A stretch of DNA of 63,592 nt, filler included, from Pelomyxa schiedti (taxonomy: Eukaryota > Protista > Evosea): the NCBI GenBank assembly GCA_020536535.1. It is 6 parts of 6 records of this genome, joined end to end, with 100 filler letters (N's around TTAATTAATTAA, not from the genome) between each part and the next. Parts side by side here need not be neighbours in the genome. Positions count along the whole stretch, not along the records: positions 10,251 to 36,098 come from JAHLWZ010001043.1; positions 36,199 to 48,610 come from JAHLWZ010000345.1; 4 more parts are not named here. The stretch is one strand, 5' to 3'. Both the position numbers and the translations under genes were made by a program. Of this stretch, positions 23,526 through 37,070 are shown in pieces. How positions within the stretch are numbered: the stretch's first letter is position 1; each line of letters opens with the position of its first letter. The notes under the pieces were generated by a model, which worked only from the letters and a program-made list of their open reading frames with translations, was not told the origin of the DNA and did no database searches.

Positions 23526-26500
23526 ATGGGTACGAGAACCACACCAATCAGTGGAAACATAACGACGACGGAGCAACAAAGAGCAGAAAACCAGCACCAA
23601 CATGCACGACATGATGAGCCAAGGGGCGGCGCCAACGACGAGATCCAGCAACGGCAACACCAAGCGCCCCCCGCGCCGAATGCACCGTCGTCGGTTGTGG
23701 CACCATCACCGCCGTCGTCGTCGGCGGTGGCGACGCCGACTACGGGCGCCGCGTCTACGGTTGTTGTGGCTGAGGAGAGCGTGGCGCAGCAACAACAAGC
23801 ACCACCTGAGCAAGTGCAGCAACCGCAGCAGCAGCAGCCGCAGGCTGCGGGAGCAGCGACACAAGTGGCAAATTCGAAGGAGGAGAGGGAGAAATTTGCC
23901 GCTTTGTTTAAAACATATGAAGTCATTGTCGAAAATGGTTTCTTGTGGTTTCTTTGTGGGGCATTGGGGTGTTTTTTTTTCCTTTTTTCCCCACAAATGA
24001 AACCTACACATCTTAGATCCTGTGCAATGTGTCGAGCACATGGCAGAATATCTCACCAAATATGCCAACTCACAGTTGCCCCCAGAACAGCAAACGTATT
24101 TTGCTACTGTTGCGTTACCTTCCTTCATGAAGAAAGCACTTGGTATACAGAGGTTTTTGTTTGTTTTCAGAAAGCTTTCTCACTCAAATTTATGTGAATA
24201 TAGGTTATCTGAGGAGGGAGCTTATGCTAAGATAATGACTTTTTCCAAGCAAATCATCGATGTTTGGCTTTCTAGCATGCAAATAGGAGCAACGTCCCCT
24301 GAACTAACAGACGTTTTGCCAATTATTTTCAATGTGGAACTTCCATACTACTCACAGAGACCAATTGGACTAGAGTTGCCCAACCTGAACGGACCTTTTG
24401 CCCACTTACAGGTGAATTTGAAATTCGAGCAACTGTGTTTTCACAGATAACTCCAGACCCCTCCTGTCTGGTTTTCCTCCGTTGTGGTTGAGCTTGTGAA
24501 TTACTTTGGCAACAAGAATGGGTTTTCCATCTTCATTGAGAATATTGGCAAAGGGCATCCCAAATGTCCCGTCTCTGATATCCGTGCCTTTGTGGAGATT
24601 GTTTATTTGGTTGTCTCATCATATTGCCAAACACTCCTGCTCATTTTACCTTAATCAGATTCACGGCAATCAGTATTTCATCACGAACGCTTTCAACACT
24701 TTGATGGGCCAACTTCGTGAGCCAGTGGTGTCTCGTTTGCACAACTTGTCCGCAGAAGAAGTCAAACTTATGAAAAACAAGGATATTGAGCTCCTCAACA
24801 ATTACTTGACTCCCCTCCTGGAGAAAGTATACCATAAGAACACACTTATTTTTTTTCTTATTTATTCAGGTCATGTCAGAAAAAGCTGCGGGTGAGATTG
24901 TTGAGAATTTATTCTTGAGTGTGGCTTTGAAGTGTTTCCAAAGTTCGAATTTGGAAAAGAGAATCTTTGGCTTGAGTTTAATACTCACAATGCTAACACT
25001 TATACAGAACGCAGAGCAGGTACTAGCTTTTCTTTCTTTTTTTTTCTTTTTTTGCTCTTTCAAATACTGCAGCACAAAGTAACCCAAACCACAGCGGCAT
25101 GTTGTAATGGCAGCAGGAGTCACATACCTTCCAAAGGCATCGAAATGGATGACAACCCCCCGAATGACGCAATGGATAGAAACAAACAATATAATGGATC
25201 TACTATTTGGCCCAAGTGCCCACCAGCAGCTAATAAGCAGAGGCTCTGAGATTATCCGTTTTATGGCTAAGGCGCACTGCCTTACTGTGGAGCATCTAAA
25301 AACAATGTGGAGCAAAATTATGGTGCGAAATTGAACACCATTTGGGTTATTTAGTTATTTGCTCTCCAGGATGCCCATGAAGTTGTGAGTAGTGCTATGA
25401 CAAAAGCCCTCAGCACAGAGGCACGGTACTTCTTACCTGACCAAGTAGAGATTGTCCTGGGTATGATCAAGGTTTTTTCTTCTTCCTAAATGCAAAACAA
25501 TTTTCTTCTTGTGGTTAAACTTTAATTACTGCATCAAAGGCTCTACCATTTTCTTCTTTAAACATGAATGTTCTTGCTTTAATTTATGGCTTCAGCAACT
25601 CCTTTTCAACTCTGGAACATAAGGTGTCTTTTTTCATTCATGCAAGAGAAACACAATTTCAACAATGAATATCAGACTTCAATGATGCAGCTAATGTGGG
25701 AAATTCTGAGTTACCCACCACTATCACCAAATGCACCAACCTTTGAAATTCGTGCACAGGCATTGGCCCACTTACAGGAATGTGTGAAGCTTTTTACATT
25801 CCGAATGGTAAGGTAGTACAGAGAGTATCTAGACATAATCGGGTTATTAAAACTTCATGGTAGAACGGACTGGATAACGAAACTCATTGATAGTATGAAG
25901 AAAAGTCAGTCTAACTGTTATACCTATGAGCTCTTCAAATCAGTACTTGGTACTATTCTACCACTTTTCGTGACCCTTAAATTTCAATGTATTCAGCTTC
26001 CTTTACATTCCGAACCGACATGGAAACAAAAGAAACTCTTTGGGGCTTTCTGCTTGACCTTGATAAAGAACAGCAACTTCTTGATACATTTTTTGGTGAG
26101 ATTTCGGCGTACTGTTCTCGGGCAACGTTTCCACGTGATACAGTAAATAACCCCCTATCATGTCTGTGTTTTCTATATTAAAATTGTTCCCCAGAATGGC
26201 TATGACACTCTCAAGGAGTTCCGTGCCAGATTGGATTGGCTAAATTTTGTTGTGTCTTCTGCACTCAGTAATTTTCTTTGTGGCAAGATTCCCCATTCCA
26301 ACGTAATTACTTTTAGTGTTGAAGTCACCTCATATGCAACTCCTTTGGGATCTTATGGTTACTCACGCTGTATGCCAAGAAGTGTCTGATGAGTTCTTCT
26401 CATGGTTGATGGCTTCAAGGGTCCCCAAGGACACAGCTACAACTGCTCTGACCGCTTATTGTCTATTGAATTTGTTTCAACATAAAATATTCAACAACGT

Positions 26501-29500
26501 CGAGTATGCAGCTAATGTGAAGACTGCCACTGCATTTAGGTGTTTCAAGCAATGTTTTTGCGATGTTAACGCCAACACCGCAAAAGACCAGATTACCTGG
26601 ACCATTGATAAAGTGTGTAGCCAACAAGCAAACACTTGTTCAAAAAAAAAAAAAAAACAAGAACCTGACCAAAAATTGCCAGCCAGATACCTTCGAAGTC
26701 CTCGTTTCTCCAAAACACTTGACTGGGTACAGCACTTTATGGAATATTGCCTTCCTCGCACCCAGTGTCATTGCAGATCAAAGTGTGGCATTAATTTACC
26801 AGCTTTACATGCAATGTAGTCCTGCACTCCGAGAAGCGGTTTCCAATATTGGCCTTCATGAGGAATTTTTGGACACTTGTTTGGTATCTCTCACCTGTAA
26901 GACAAACTTGCACCCTAACCCAATGCAGAATTATCTCAGTTCATTTACAGAGGTTCCCTCTGTTGAGTCACAAGTCCGTTGCTTGACTATACTGAAGCAA
27001 TATCTTGCTTACTTCGATACACCTTTAAGTACAGCCAAATCACATGGGCTCATTACTCGCGGGAAGCCTCTTACAGTTCGCGTGACAGCTTCTGGTGACA
27101 CGCCGATTAACTTCTCCCTTGATTTGCACTCCAATGTCACTGTTGGGGATTTACGGGCACATATCAAGCAAAAAGCCGGCAACCTGCTTCAGCAAAATGA
27201 CATAACTCTGCAGTCAAATCGCGAACTTCTCCAAGATGACTCACAAACTCTGCAACAGCTGCAATTTGTGGATAAGCAGATCGTAATAGTGTCACTAACA
27301 GAAAAGCTCACAACCGATCAGCAAACTGTAAATAGGGTTCGTGGTGCGGTCTCGGGAAATGCCGTTGCCGCAACTAAACCCGCTGCACCTTCTGGTGGCA
27401 TGAAAAGTTTACTTCAAAACGCCCCCAGCGATATAGAAGAAAGAATTTCCCAACTTCTCGAAGTCTGCCCAGTATCCCGCTATGTTGCAACTGTGGCATT
27501 AAGCCAAGCCAAGTGGGAAGTCAATGCTGCCACTTTTAGCTTGTATGAAGAGGCAAACAAACAAGAGATACAAGCCGAGGCTGATAAGCTTGAAGCAATG
27601 GACAACGCCAACCAGAGTGCTATGGCTGTTGGATTTGGAAAAGTGATGACAATGCAACAGCAGCAGCAGGCTTATGGGGAACATCCTGGTTGTCTAATTG
27701 CTGCAAACCACGTTTTATTCGGGCAGCTTTTTCAAATCTTAGCAGCAAATGAGCCTTCCGTCTGCTCTTTAGTGTGGGAGATTTTGATGTCTATACCAAC
27801 TTCTAAGAAAATGCAAGAAGCCGTGCATACACTCCAATTTCATGGCACCTCGGCCGTTACAACTGCAGCAACAATGGATATTTCTACAACACCTACTCAA
27901 CTCCTCTCCCCCTCTTCCACTGTTCCAGATTGGTCAGAACTGTTTGATTCGAAGTCGAATTTCAAAATGTTGTATTCTCTACAGATTGTTGACTCCATAC
28001 TATTTCCACTTGATGAAAAGTCTATTGATGAACTATCACGTGTGCGTTGGTGTGTTCATTTCCTAACACATGGTGGCTTGGAGTACATATACAACGTCTT
28101 GTGCTCAAGCATATCGGAAACGTTACACAAGGCCCCAGTTCAATCTTCAACTTCCTCTATTCACAAAGGTTGTCTGGCATTCATGCTTAAGATTGTCGAG
28201 TTCTTTTTGCATGTACTACACTTGTCAACAAACGAAAGCGGTGGCAATCTGCAGACAAAAGTTGCAAGTTTCATTCCTCAGCACATTTCCACTCTTCTGA
28301 AAGCAATCAACTTCAAGCAACTTCAGGATTTGTTGTTGCAGATGACGTGGCACACATCGAGACAGCCAGCTCCCGACAGGTCGGATGGTGAAATGGTTAT
28401 GTATGCAATGTCCTTGATAGCCTTTTGCATTTCCAGCAACCCTGCAGAGTTGTTTCAGCATTTTGCCACCAGTGAAAACCTTCTCCAAAGTATGCAAGTT
28501 GCACTACTGCAATGCCCGGAACCAAGTATAAGGCAGGCATGCAGTGATGGGTTATTCACACTGGTTGCGCATGTGAACTCGAACAGTGCGTTACTGTTCC
28601 TTATTACACAGCTGTTGCGACTGCTTCCACTTCCAGACCAATGTGATAAAACTCTCACCAAATATTGCCGACAATATTTCCGCCTTCTGTGCAGAGTTTT
28701 CGACCTCGCTTTTTCTTCAACGGAGATTGTAAATAACTCGGAACTTCATCTCCATAGCATTGCAAAGAATTGTACCAAGTATCTGTTGGATAGACCCATT
28801 CTCGAAATCAAACTCAATGATGTTGACGACTATCTTGTGGGCTTGTTATGCCTGCTGCATACCCTGGTGTCTCATAGTGATACCATCAAGCAGACTCTCA
28901 TTGATGAATTCTCGAACTCATGTAAAAGCAGTTTTGTACACATGCTCTACAATGATCTCTTTGCATTGAAGACAGCGGAGTCGGCACCGCATTTACCGAA
29001 GTGTAAGTCGATAGCCTCCAGAAGTGCAGCCTCACAGCTTCTTATCGAGCTATGCAAAAATCATGAACAAAACTTTTCTGAACTCGTGGAACTACTTGCT
29101 CCTCACCACCCCGAGGGTGTAAAGTAAGAAGGCCACCTCCCCTTTTTTGTTGAATGTAATGAATATATCCCTAGGATCCCCCGCTGGGATTACCACCCGG
29201 GAGCACAAGATAAATCTTCCAGTGGCTTTGTTGGTCTCAGCAACCAAGGAAACACTTGCTACATGAACTCTCTCCTTCAGCAGCTGTTTATGATAAAGGG
29301 GCTCGTTAGAACAATCCTCTCAGTCAATGCTAATGAATTGAAAGAAACGGCTTCCGAACAACCTTCATCCAATCAACAAGCTACCAAAGACCCTACAGCA
29401 AACAACCTTCTCGTTCAGATGCAAGCGATGTTCACTTATCTGCAAGAGAGTGAAAAGGGAGTATTCAGTACACAGGCCTTTTGCAATGCCTACAAAGCTG

Positions 29501-32500
29501 TGGGGGTGAGATTGATGGAAGTCCATGGACAACAAGACGTGCATGAATTCTTCAACGTTTTGTGGCAACTCTTAGAACAGCAACTAAAAGGCACCCCGCA
29601 AGAAAAACAGCTTCCAAATTTCTTTGTGGGCTCTTTGGCACATCAAATAAGGTCCATTGACAAGGCCTATCCATACTGCAGCGTTCACTTTGAAGATTTT
29701 CATGTTATCTCACTGGACATCAAAAATAAACGCACGTTAAAGGAAGCTCTTGATTTATTTGTGATCCCAGATAAGCTGGAGGGGGACAATACTGTTCACG
29801 TTGACAAATTCAACAGCAAGATAAATGTATCAAAACGAATGTGCATCAAAAGACTGCCCCAGACACTCATTTTGCATTTGAAGCGCCTCGAGTACGACCT
29901 GAACACTAACAGAAAAGTTAAGCTGAACGACTATCTGGAGTTTCCTAATCACCTCAATATGCGTCCTTGGACTTTGGAGGGGCTTTGCGAAGCTGAGGGT
30001 GTGTTACCGGCAGAAGGGGAAGGAATGGAGGAGGTTGTCAATCATCCTCCAAGTTACTACGAATACCAACTCGTTGGAGTTATCGTACACAGTGGAGGCG
30101 CAGATTCTGGACACTACTACTCGATTATTAAAGATAGGGCATCGGGAAAGTGGTATGACTTTAATGACAATACTGTTAGTAGATTCGACATGGTATCGTC
30201 TTTCTCTTAGTGAAGCGTTTCTTATTTAGTTCCCTGTTCTGGGACCTTTTTAGAAAACCCTGCCGCAAGAGTGCTATGGTGGAAAAACTATGTCCTACCA
30301 ATGGAATGCGTGGCTTAATCAGAGTGTTAAAGTAGAGGTATTTAGAACAGCCAGTGCTTATATGCTGTTCTATGAGCGTGTGGTATCTTCCAAATTTTTA
30401 GTAAATGTAAGTTCTTACAATCTAAGCAAATTCTTGAATCCAGTGGTAGTGGTGAGGTTACTATCCCCGATTCCCCCACCGGCCTATACAAGTACCTCCT
30501 CTCAAGTGACCCCTTTCTAATGTAGTCATCATAGGGAAGTCCATGAGGAGAATACAAAGTTCCTGAGAGATAGACAATTCTTTGATCAGACGTACTTCGA
30601 TTTCATGTTTGAATTGATAAAACTGCTTTCTTTTGAGCCAGTGCTGGGTATTTCCACTTTTCCCGTTCTCCCTACCAAATTAAAAACGTGCCAGATCTGG
30701 ACACTCCTTTTTCACCAGTGCCCTTCCAGACTCTCCTTCTCGTAACCAAGTTTACACTTGACACGCTAGCCCATGCAAAGTATTCAAATTCTCTGGGAGA
30801 CTATGTTAATCAGTTAAAACTTTCTCTGGGAAAGCACATGCCAGTATGCCTTTAAAATATTCAGGAGATTGCGCACACTTCTACAACTTAGGCATGTAGA
30901 TGGTTCTTGTCCTTTGTTATGACCACTGGGAAAATCAAAGAATTTTTATTGGACTGTCCTGTGGAAAGAGTACGAGTTACTGTTTACTTACGCCCCTAAC
31001 TGCTAGCAGGTTCGCGTTCATTTCTCGGATTTGATCATTCATGTTCTGAAGTCTTTGTCTCCTTGTGAAAGTTCTCAATGGGGTAATGAATTTAACGAGC
31101 CGGTGTGTATTTCCTTCAGTGTTCAGTTAATATTGACTTGGCTTTATAGCCTGCTGCAGTACAGCCTTCATCTGTCTTGAGATTCATGGACGCCGTTCTG
31201 GACTTGGTATGCAGAACGAAGAAATTTTTGTAGGGGTGTTCTCACCTGCACACTAGTTAGAGGCTTCCAGGTCATCTTGGAAGCAATTCAAGCAATACTT
31301 TAAAGTGATTCTCGGATTTGCATCCTTGGGCTCCATGCAGGTTTATGGCAGCAATCCCTTTGCATAAAAAAGCTTAATTATTTCAGCGACACTATCTCAT
31401 TCAAAAGCGGATTCTTTTCTTATTTTCTGATTGGTTGGTTGGGTCCTCTAAAGTATGAGGTTTTTCCAATGAGAAGAAATTCTTACTTTTCTTACAGGGC
31501 CGTGTATCAGTAATGGATGATGAAACTCTACCAGACTTAGCTGAGTACATTGCAACAATATCAGTTGTTGTCAGAGGCTGCTTGCAAGGCCCCCCTGGCA
31601 GAGCTGAGACCCCCTATGCATTAGTTATGTAGTGTGATGGATTTTTCTTTGAATTGACATTTCTTCCCAGTCCAATACTGCTCTTCTCACGGGTGTTTCT
31701 TTTAAAGACATACTCGATAAGGTTAACACTGTTTATGCATCTGTACTTCTTTCTCATTTCCGCAAGAACTTTCTCAAACAAATGCTTGAACTGCATTTCA
31801 ATCCAATTGCTGAGGCCGAGATTCTCCAGCACTGCTCCTGGGAAGAGGCGGTTACATCGAGGCACATTTTAGACACTGTACTTTCTGCACTTGGAAGTGC
31901 CATGAATACTTCAGATTCAGAAAAAGTACCCACAATGCTTGGTATAGCCCACAAGCCCAAGTGGTTTCATGACTTTTTTTTTCCCCCAGCACACCTTGAG
32001 ACGTTGCTTCACATCCCAGATACATTGCAAGCAATGAGAATACAGAATACCCTAACTCCATCTAACTGGCCAGGCTGTGAACGTAGTGCACTGTTTCTGC
32101 TGCATGAACACCACACACGCAATGTGGCAGCAGCAAGTTCGATTGTGTTGTTCATTATCAAAACTACGAAAGCAATTGCCGGTGTTTCTCAATTCATGTG
32201 CTTACACCCCGATGAAGTCTCTTGGATTGAATCGTTTTTGGAGAATAAGAGCAGGTTTGAGGGTTGTATGATTAAAATCGCTCAGGCAAGATAGATCCCT
32301 GACCAGTGCTGATCAGAGTAATGAAACAAGTGCTAAATCTACAGAGGTGGCCGAGTGGAAATCTGCATTGGAGCAGTGGTCAACCTGGAAGGCCTTAACC
32401 ATAAAGCCTATTGTTAATGTCTCATGCAAATCCCTTTCCGTTGTATTGACCGTACTTAGTCATCTGAGCATGTTCCATCCGAGCGAGAAGCAATATTAAT

Positions 32501-33536
32501 GGCAGAAATAAGAGAAGTTACTGAAGGTATTGAGTACCTCAAGCAATTCTATATTCAAGAAGACCTACCTCTGGAAAAGATGCCTGCACTCACGATACAA
32601 GATTGGCATGAGTAAGAGAATGTGTATTTTTATTTTTGTTCATCTAGCTGTAGGGCAATCAAAAAGCAGCAAATTGAACAAGTACAACAATCAAATCTCT
32701 ATCAGAAAGCTCCTGAAATGTCACATCACAGTGAAGAATCTCCTAACGAAGGTGCGCCAACAGCCGCTGCACCAACGTTACCTAGCAAAATCATGCATTT
32801 CCCACCTTCAGATTCTGTTCAACCTCCACCACTGAAGAAACAACACCGCCACCCACATCACGAGCCCACTACTCCAATTGATACAGCATCCGTACTATTG
32901 CCAATGCAACCAGCCACCACCACAAAAACAACAGCGCCCCTCCCACATACTTCACAGATATCCACTCCAGCACCACCACCCACGTCTTCGCCCACAGCAA
33001 ACACTAACCGCGCAGGTACACAAGCCCCAACAAATCCTTCCACTCAAACGACCACAGACACTCCTCCCGCACAAGTCAACCCAAGCGCACCCACCACACA
33101 ACCAAATGAATCCACCCCATCTCCACCATCCCAGGCCGTTCCCCCCACAACACCAGGAACAACTCCCCAGCCGCAACAGCAACCCGGCCCTAGTAACTCC
33201 ACAGAAAACAGCACCACCAACAACAGCGGCAATAACAACACCACCGGCAGTACCAATAGCAATAACAACAACAAACCAGAAACCCCAGGCACCTGCGAAA
33301 ACAAACACTGTGCAAACCACCACCCAGACACCTTCCTACCAGCCAACATTGAGGACCTCATCGCCAAAGTGAGGGTGGTGTTTGGTGATTCAGCCATATA
33401 CACCCAAAACATGATACAAGCAGCCCTACGCTACTCTCACTGGGACGAGAATGCGGCCATCACAGATGTTCTTGCTGACGAGGATTTTGCATTCGGCAGA
33501 CTCCTCGACCTCGCTGACAAAGAGACATTCTCCTAA
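23526..33536 (+). CDS. Large ubiquitin-specific protease, USP9X/USP24 (fat facets)-like
   Basis: Cys box GFVGLSNQGNTCYMNSLLQQL, QQDVHEF, LILHLKRLEYD, His box IVHSGGADSGHYYS, WYDFND. N-terminal PRMTQWIETNNIMDLLF...EIIRFM repeats resemble USP9X. Also has UBL and UBA-like segments. Confidence 0.93.
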
Positions 33537-33630
33537 CCAAAGAGTGATGCGAAACAAAAAAAAAAAAACGTACAACAACACCCCTTTCTTATATTTGCCA
33601 CACGACGAATCCACAGGGCACGCATAACTA

Positions 33631-34300
33631 CTAGGAGGAGGGCCTGGGACGCGACGTAGCACCACACACTCGGATTTTGAGGGCAGCCTGGTTGCACTGC
33701 GGAAGCGGCATGATGGTTGTGGAGCAGCGCATGCGGCCCGTGACAACGACGCCTGCCTTGAAGGCGTAGCTGCCGGCTGCTTGGCTCCCTACTGTGATTT
33801 CCACTGCCTGGTCGTGGGCCCATAGCTTCTTTCTGGTTACGAGCAACTCCACGCTGAGGTCCAGCCAGCCTTTTAGGGGTTGCTCTGGCCTGAGGGTGAG
33901 GCGGGACGTGACAGTCATGTCCATGGTTGGGGTCACAATGGCGGCTGATTCTGGACGCATATCGCAATATATGCGCTGCGTGACAGTGGAGACCCTGTAT
34001 GTGACTGTCGTTGCATGGTTCAACATCTTAGTTCGTTGGGAAACGGCCAAAGCAACAACCTTGTTGGGCAGCCTTCCAGAACTGTAAGCATACCACACGA
34101 GCAGATATGAGGGACTTGGCAGGCAAATACCCAAGGATTTGGCACATTGCAGTCATGGGGAGATCACTAATATGTGAACCTGTTTGTTTTTTTAGAATGG
34201 GTGTGGAATATGCGGAAGTGCACACCTTTTAAAAATCCCATCATCTCATCTAAATTGGACTTCACCACACCTCCGAATCGTGCATTTGGAAATTTGAGCT
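33631..34300 (-). CDS. F-box protein with C-terminal beta-rich domain (5' exons unresolved)
   Basis: ISDLPMTAMCQILGYLPAKSLISARVVCLQFWK is an F-box pattern. A 55-nt GT-AG intron joins it in frame to VTYRVSTVTQRIYCD...RPRPSS*. Confidence 0.6.
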
Positions 34301-34448
34301 GCGTATAGTGAGAATTGAAAAGGAAACTGGATATCCATTGCCCACTGGGGGCAAAAAAACTCTTAGAAGTGTCCGGAAAAGACATCTATCCAATAGACTT
34401 ACCAAAAGCTCTTAACCTAAAAGTCTAAGTCCGGATCTGAGCCTCAGG

Positions 34449-35260
34449 CTAGATCTGTTCGGTGAAAGGTTCTCGGGTCTGGCAGCAGACACCAAACTGT
34501 GGGTCGTGACGTGGGGCATTGTATTCGCATCCCAAAGCGGAGCTGTTTGCCCCCATGACCGGTGATGCCGGATTTGCGACACCTGAAGAGGAAAAAAAAA
34601 GGTCTGCTTCCGCTACAATCACAGTCCAGCTTGAGACTTGGAGGCGCAAGGAATGGGAGGAGAGTGCACGTGCATCTGAACGCAGAGGGCTTGAGCGCTT
34701 CCCTTCCTCCGGCGACTGAGTGAGTGGGTGATCTGATGTTCGCGAAAAAAATGCAGGTTTTCTGGAAAGTGGCCATCAGGGGGACAGTGTCTCCTGAAGC
34801 GGCGAGCCTTCCCCTTGTGTGCAGGCGACGATTACCTGCACGAGTGTTGTTTCCCAGGCCTGGGTTGGACTGAAGTGTGAGTGTAGGGGAAGCATTGATG
34901 GGTGTTTAAGGGAAAAAAAAACATTTTTTTTTCTTCTTCTAGTGTCGCATATATCTGGGAACACCGGTCTAGGGGGCACACGACTGTACATTCTCTTGTC
35001 ACCACAATGGCCCACGTCACTACCCGCAGGAAGGTGGTGAAAGAGGTACCTATCCGGCAAAGAAGAAAAAAAAACACACACCGACCTTCCCGTGTTGTAA
35101 GTTTTTCTGGGAAGTCCTCGGAGGACAACCGCCAAAAAATGTTTGCCCCCAGTGTCCACTGTTGAGTCCGTAGCCCAATTTTGCCTAAAGTGGGGAATGG
35201 ATATCATGCATGCAGGTTGGAATACAACTTTCAAGCACTTCTGTCAGCGAATCCCTGGCC
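34449..35260 (-). CDS. Probable spliced hypothetical gene (structure unresolved)
   Basis: T-rich GT-AG introns on the minus strand join GLRTQQWTLGANIFWRLSSEDFPEKLTTREG to TSFTTFLRVVTWAIVVTRECTVVCPLDRC. No recognisable domain. Confidence 0.3.
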
Positions 35261-35865
35261 ATTAATTAGTCGGCTTTTAGATAAGAGGAAACTACATACC
35301 AACACAAAGGAATCATCGCTACTTATGCCAGGCTTTGCACATAATTCTGAGGCTTCAATGCGGCAGAACAACTGGTAGCACAGCTGAACTCAGCAGAGTT
35401 GTGTCAAAGCTGGGAGTTGAGTCAGGAAAACCAAAGCCGATGTTCAGCACCATGTTTATTGGTAATGCGTTTTACAGAGGCAAGTATCAATATTTCTACC
35501 AGGGAGAATCCAAGTTTCACCAGTTTTGCAATACAAATTCGTGGTAAGAGAGACCCAATCAATGAAAAACGAAATGCTGTGCACGTGGAAGCAGAACACC
35601 TGAGGTTGTTGAAACGAAAGCTCTACACCCATTGGACAAGCAATTACAAATTATTATCCCCCCTCACATCAAAAAAGGGGGAAAAAAAAAAAAAGCGGTT
35701 CCCTCAACAACCTCCTCCTCGTGATTCGTCGCGGCTGCTATGACTAGTAGTAGCAGCAGCCACCATCACTCCATCAACACCTGTTAATAAATACACTCAC
35801 CGCACCATCCACTGCCAACGACGATCAACGCGCCTTTGTTAGTGGGGGTGCATATCTGGAGCCCA

Positions 35866-35978
35866 GGGGCGGTCATTTTACATAGAGGAAAAACCACAGG
35901 AAAATTGTAAAATGACCGCCCCATCGTTTTGGGGGTGGTCGTTTGACAATAAAGAAAAAATTGTAAAATGACCGCCCC
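35866..35978. repeat. Four copies of 17-bp TGTAAAATGACCGCCCC in alternating orientation (two tandem inverted pairs)
   Basis: Inverted copy 35866-35882, direct 35906-35922, degenerate inverted 35932-35948 (14/17), direct 35962-35978. Confidence 0.88.
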
Positions 35979-36098
35979 TGTGCCGAGGTAGATTGGGTTT
36001 GGATAGTGACCACCACACTGTGAGGTGTGCTGGGGTGTTGATGGTTGTTGTTTTACTTGTGTAGTAAGGGAGAAAGAAGCCCGAATACAAACACAAGA

Positions 36099-36198
36099 NN
36101 NNNNNNNNNNNNNNNNNNNNNNNNNNNNNNNNNNNNNNNNNNTTAATTAATTAANNNNNNNNNNNNNNNNNNNNNNNNNNNNNNNNNNNNNNNNNNNN
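36099..36198. other. Artificial join with TTAATTAATTAA linker
   Basis: Same 44N-12-44N layout. Linker at 36143-36154. Confidence 0.9.
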
Positions 36199-36464
36199 TG
36201 AACCACGAGGTGAAGTCAAAATGACTGCGATTAAGAAAACAAGCTTAGCGAATTGGGAGAAATCCAATGGAGTCCCCGTTTCTCTTGTGGAGTGTTAGAG
36301 CAGTTGGTGGTAACAACGGTACCAAGAAGAGAAAAGGACTCTATGGAGACTCTATCTATTTCTTTCAGGGCCACATCAAAAAATTCCATTTGTGCTTTCC
36401 GTCTGCATGTGACATGGTCAACAACTTGGCCAGTCTTTCGAGTGACACATGTGTCAATAATGAA

Positions 36465-36970
36465 CAGGATTACATGGTAAGCAATAAGCCCTAATCAAAA
36501 AACCATGAAACCATAACACGATTCATAGCAAGCACTCCAAGAAACCTGTCTGGAACATAATAACACCACACCCACGGGCACTAAATTCTCGCGAGCCCAA
36601 ACAAGAAGAGTCACTTTCCGCGCACAAAGCGTAGATTCCTTGAGCATTCCTGAAAACCCAGCCTTCGCCGAACGATAATTCGCAGTAGTATTTAAATAAA
36701 AACCTCCAACAACACCGTAAGCAGAGTAGCTTTGGCCTCGTGTTGTTTAAATACGACCAAAACAACACAACTAGCAGTATTCGATACATAGAGGAGGACA
36801 CTGCTTTTTTTTTTTCGTTTCTTTTTTCGTAACTTGGTTGTTACGAACCTATATTGACTCGTAAGAGAACGCCGTACTGGGAATGGCGCGTGCTGCAATT
36901 GAAACAAAAAATGTTGTGCTGAGCATTCTTGGCATTGCACTGATGGCAATGAGTGGAGGAATTTTGTGTG
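36465..36970 (+). repeat. Diverged duplicate of 38419-39047 (formin 3' end, intergenic DNA and first 27 codons of the ion-channel gene)
   Basis: Near-identical with several substitutions. It lacks a 110-bp block (38501-38610) and a 10-bp block. It ends at a 100-N gap. Confidence 0.9.
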
Positions 36971-37070
36971 NNNNNNNNNNNNNNNNNNNNNNNNNNNNNN
37001 NNNNNNNNNNNNNNNNNNNNNNNNNNNNNNNNNNNNNNNNNNNNNNNNNNNNNNNNNNNNNNNNNNNNNN

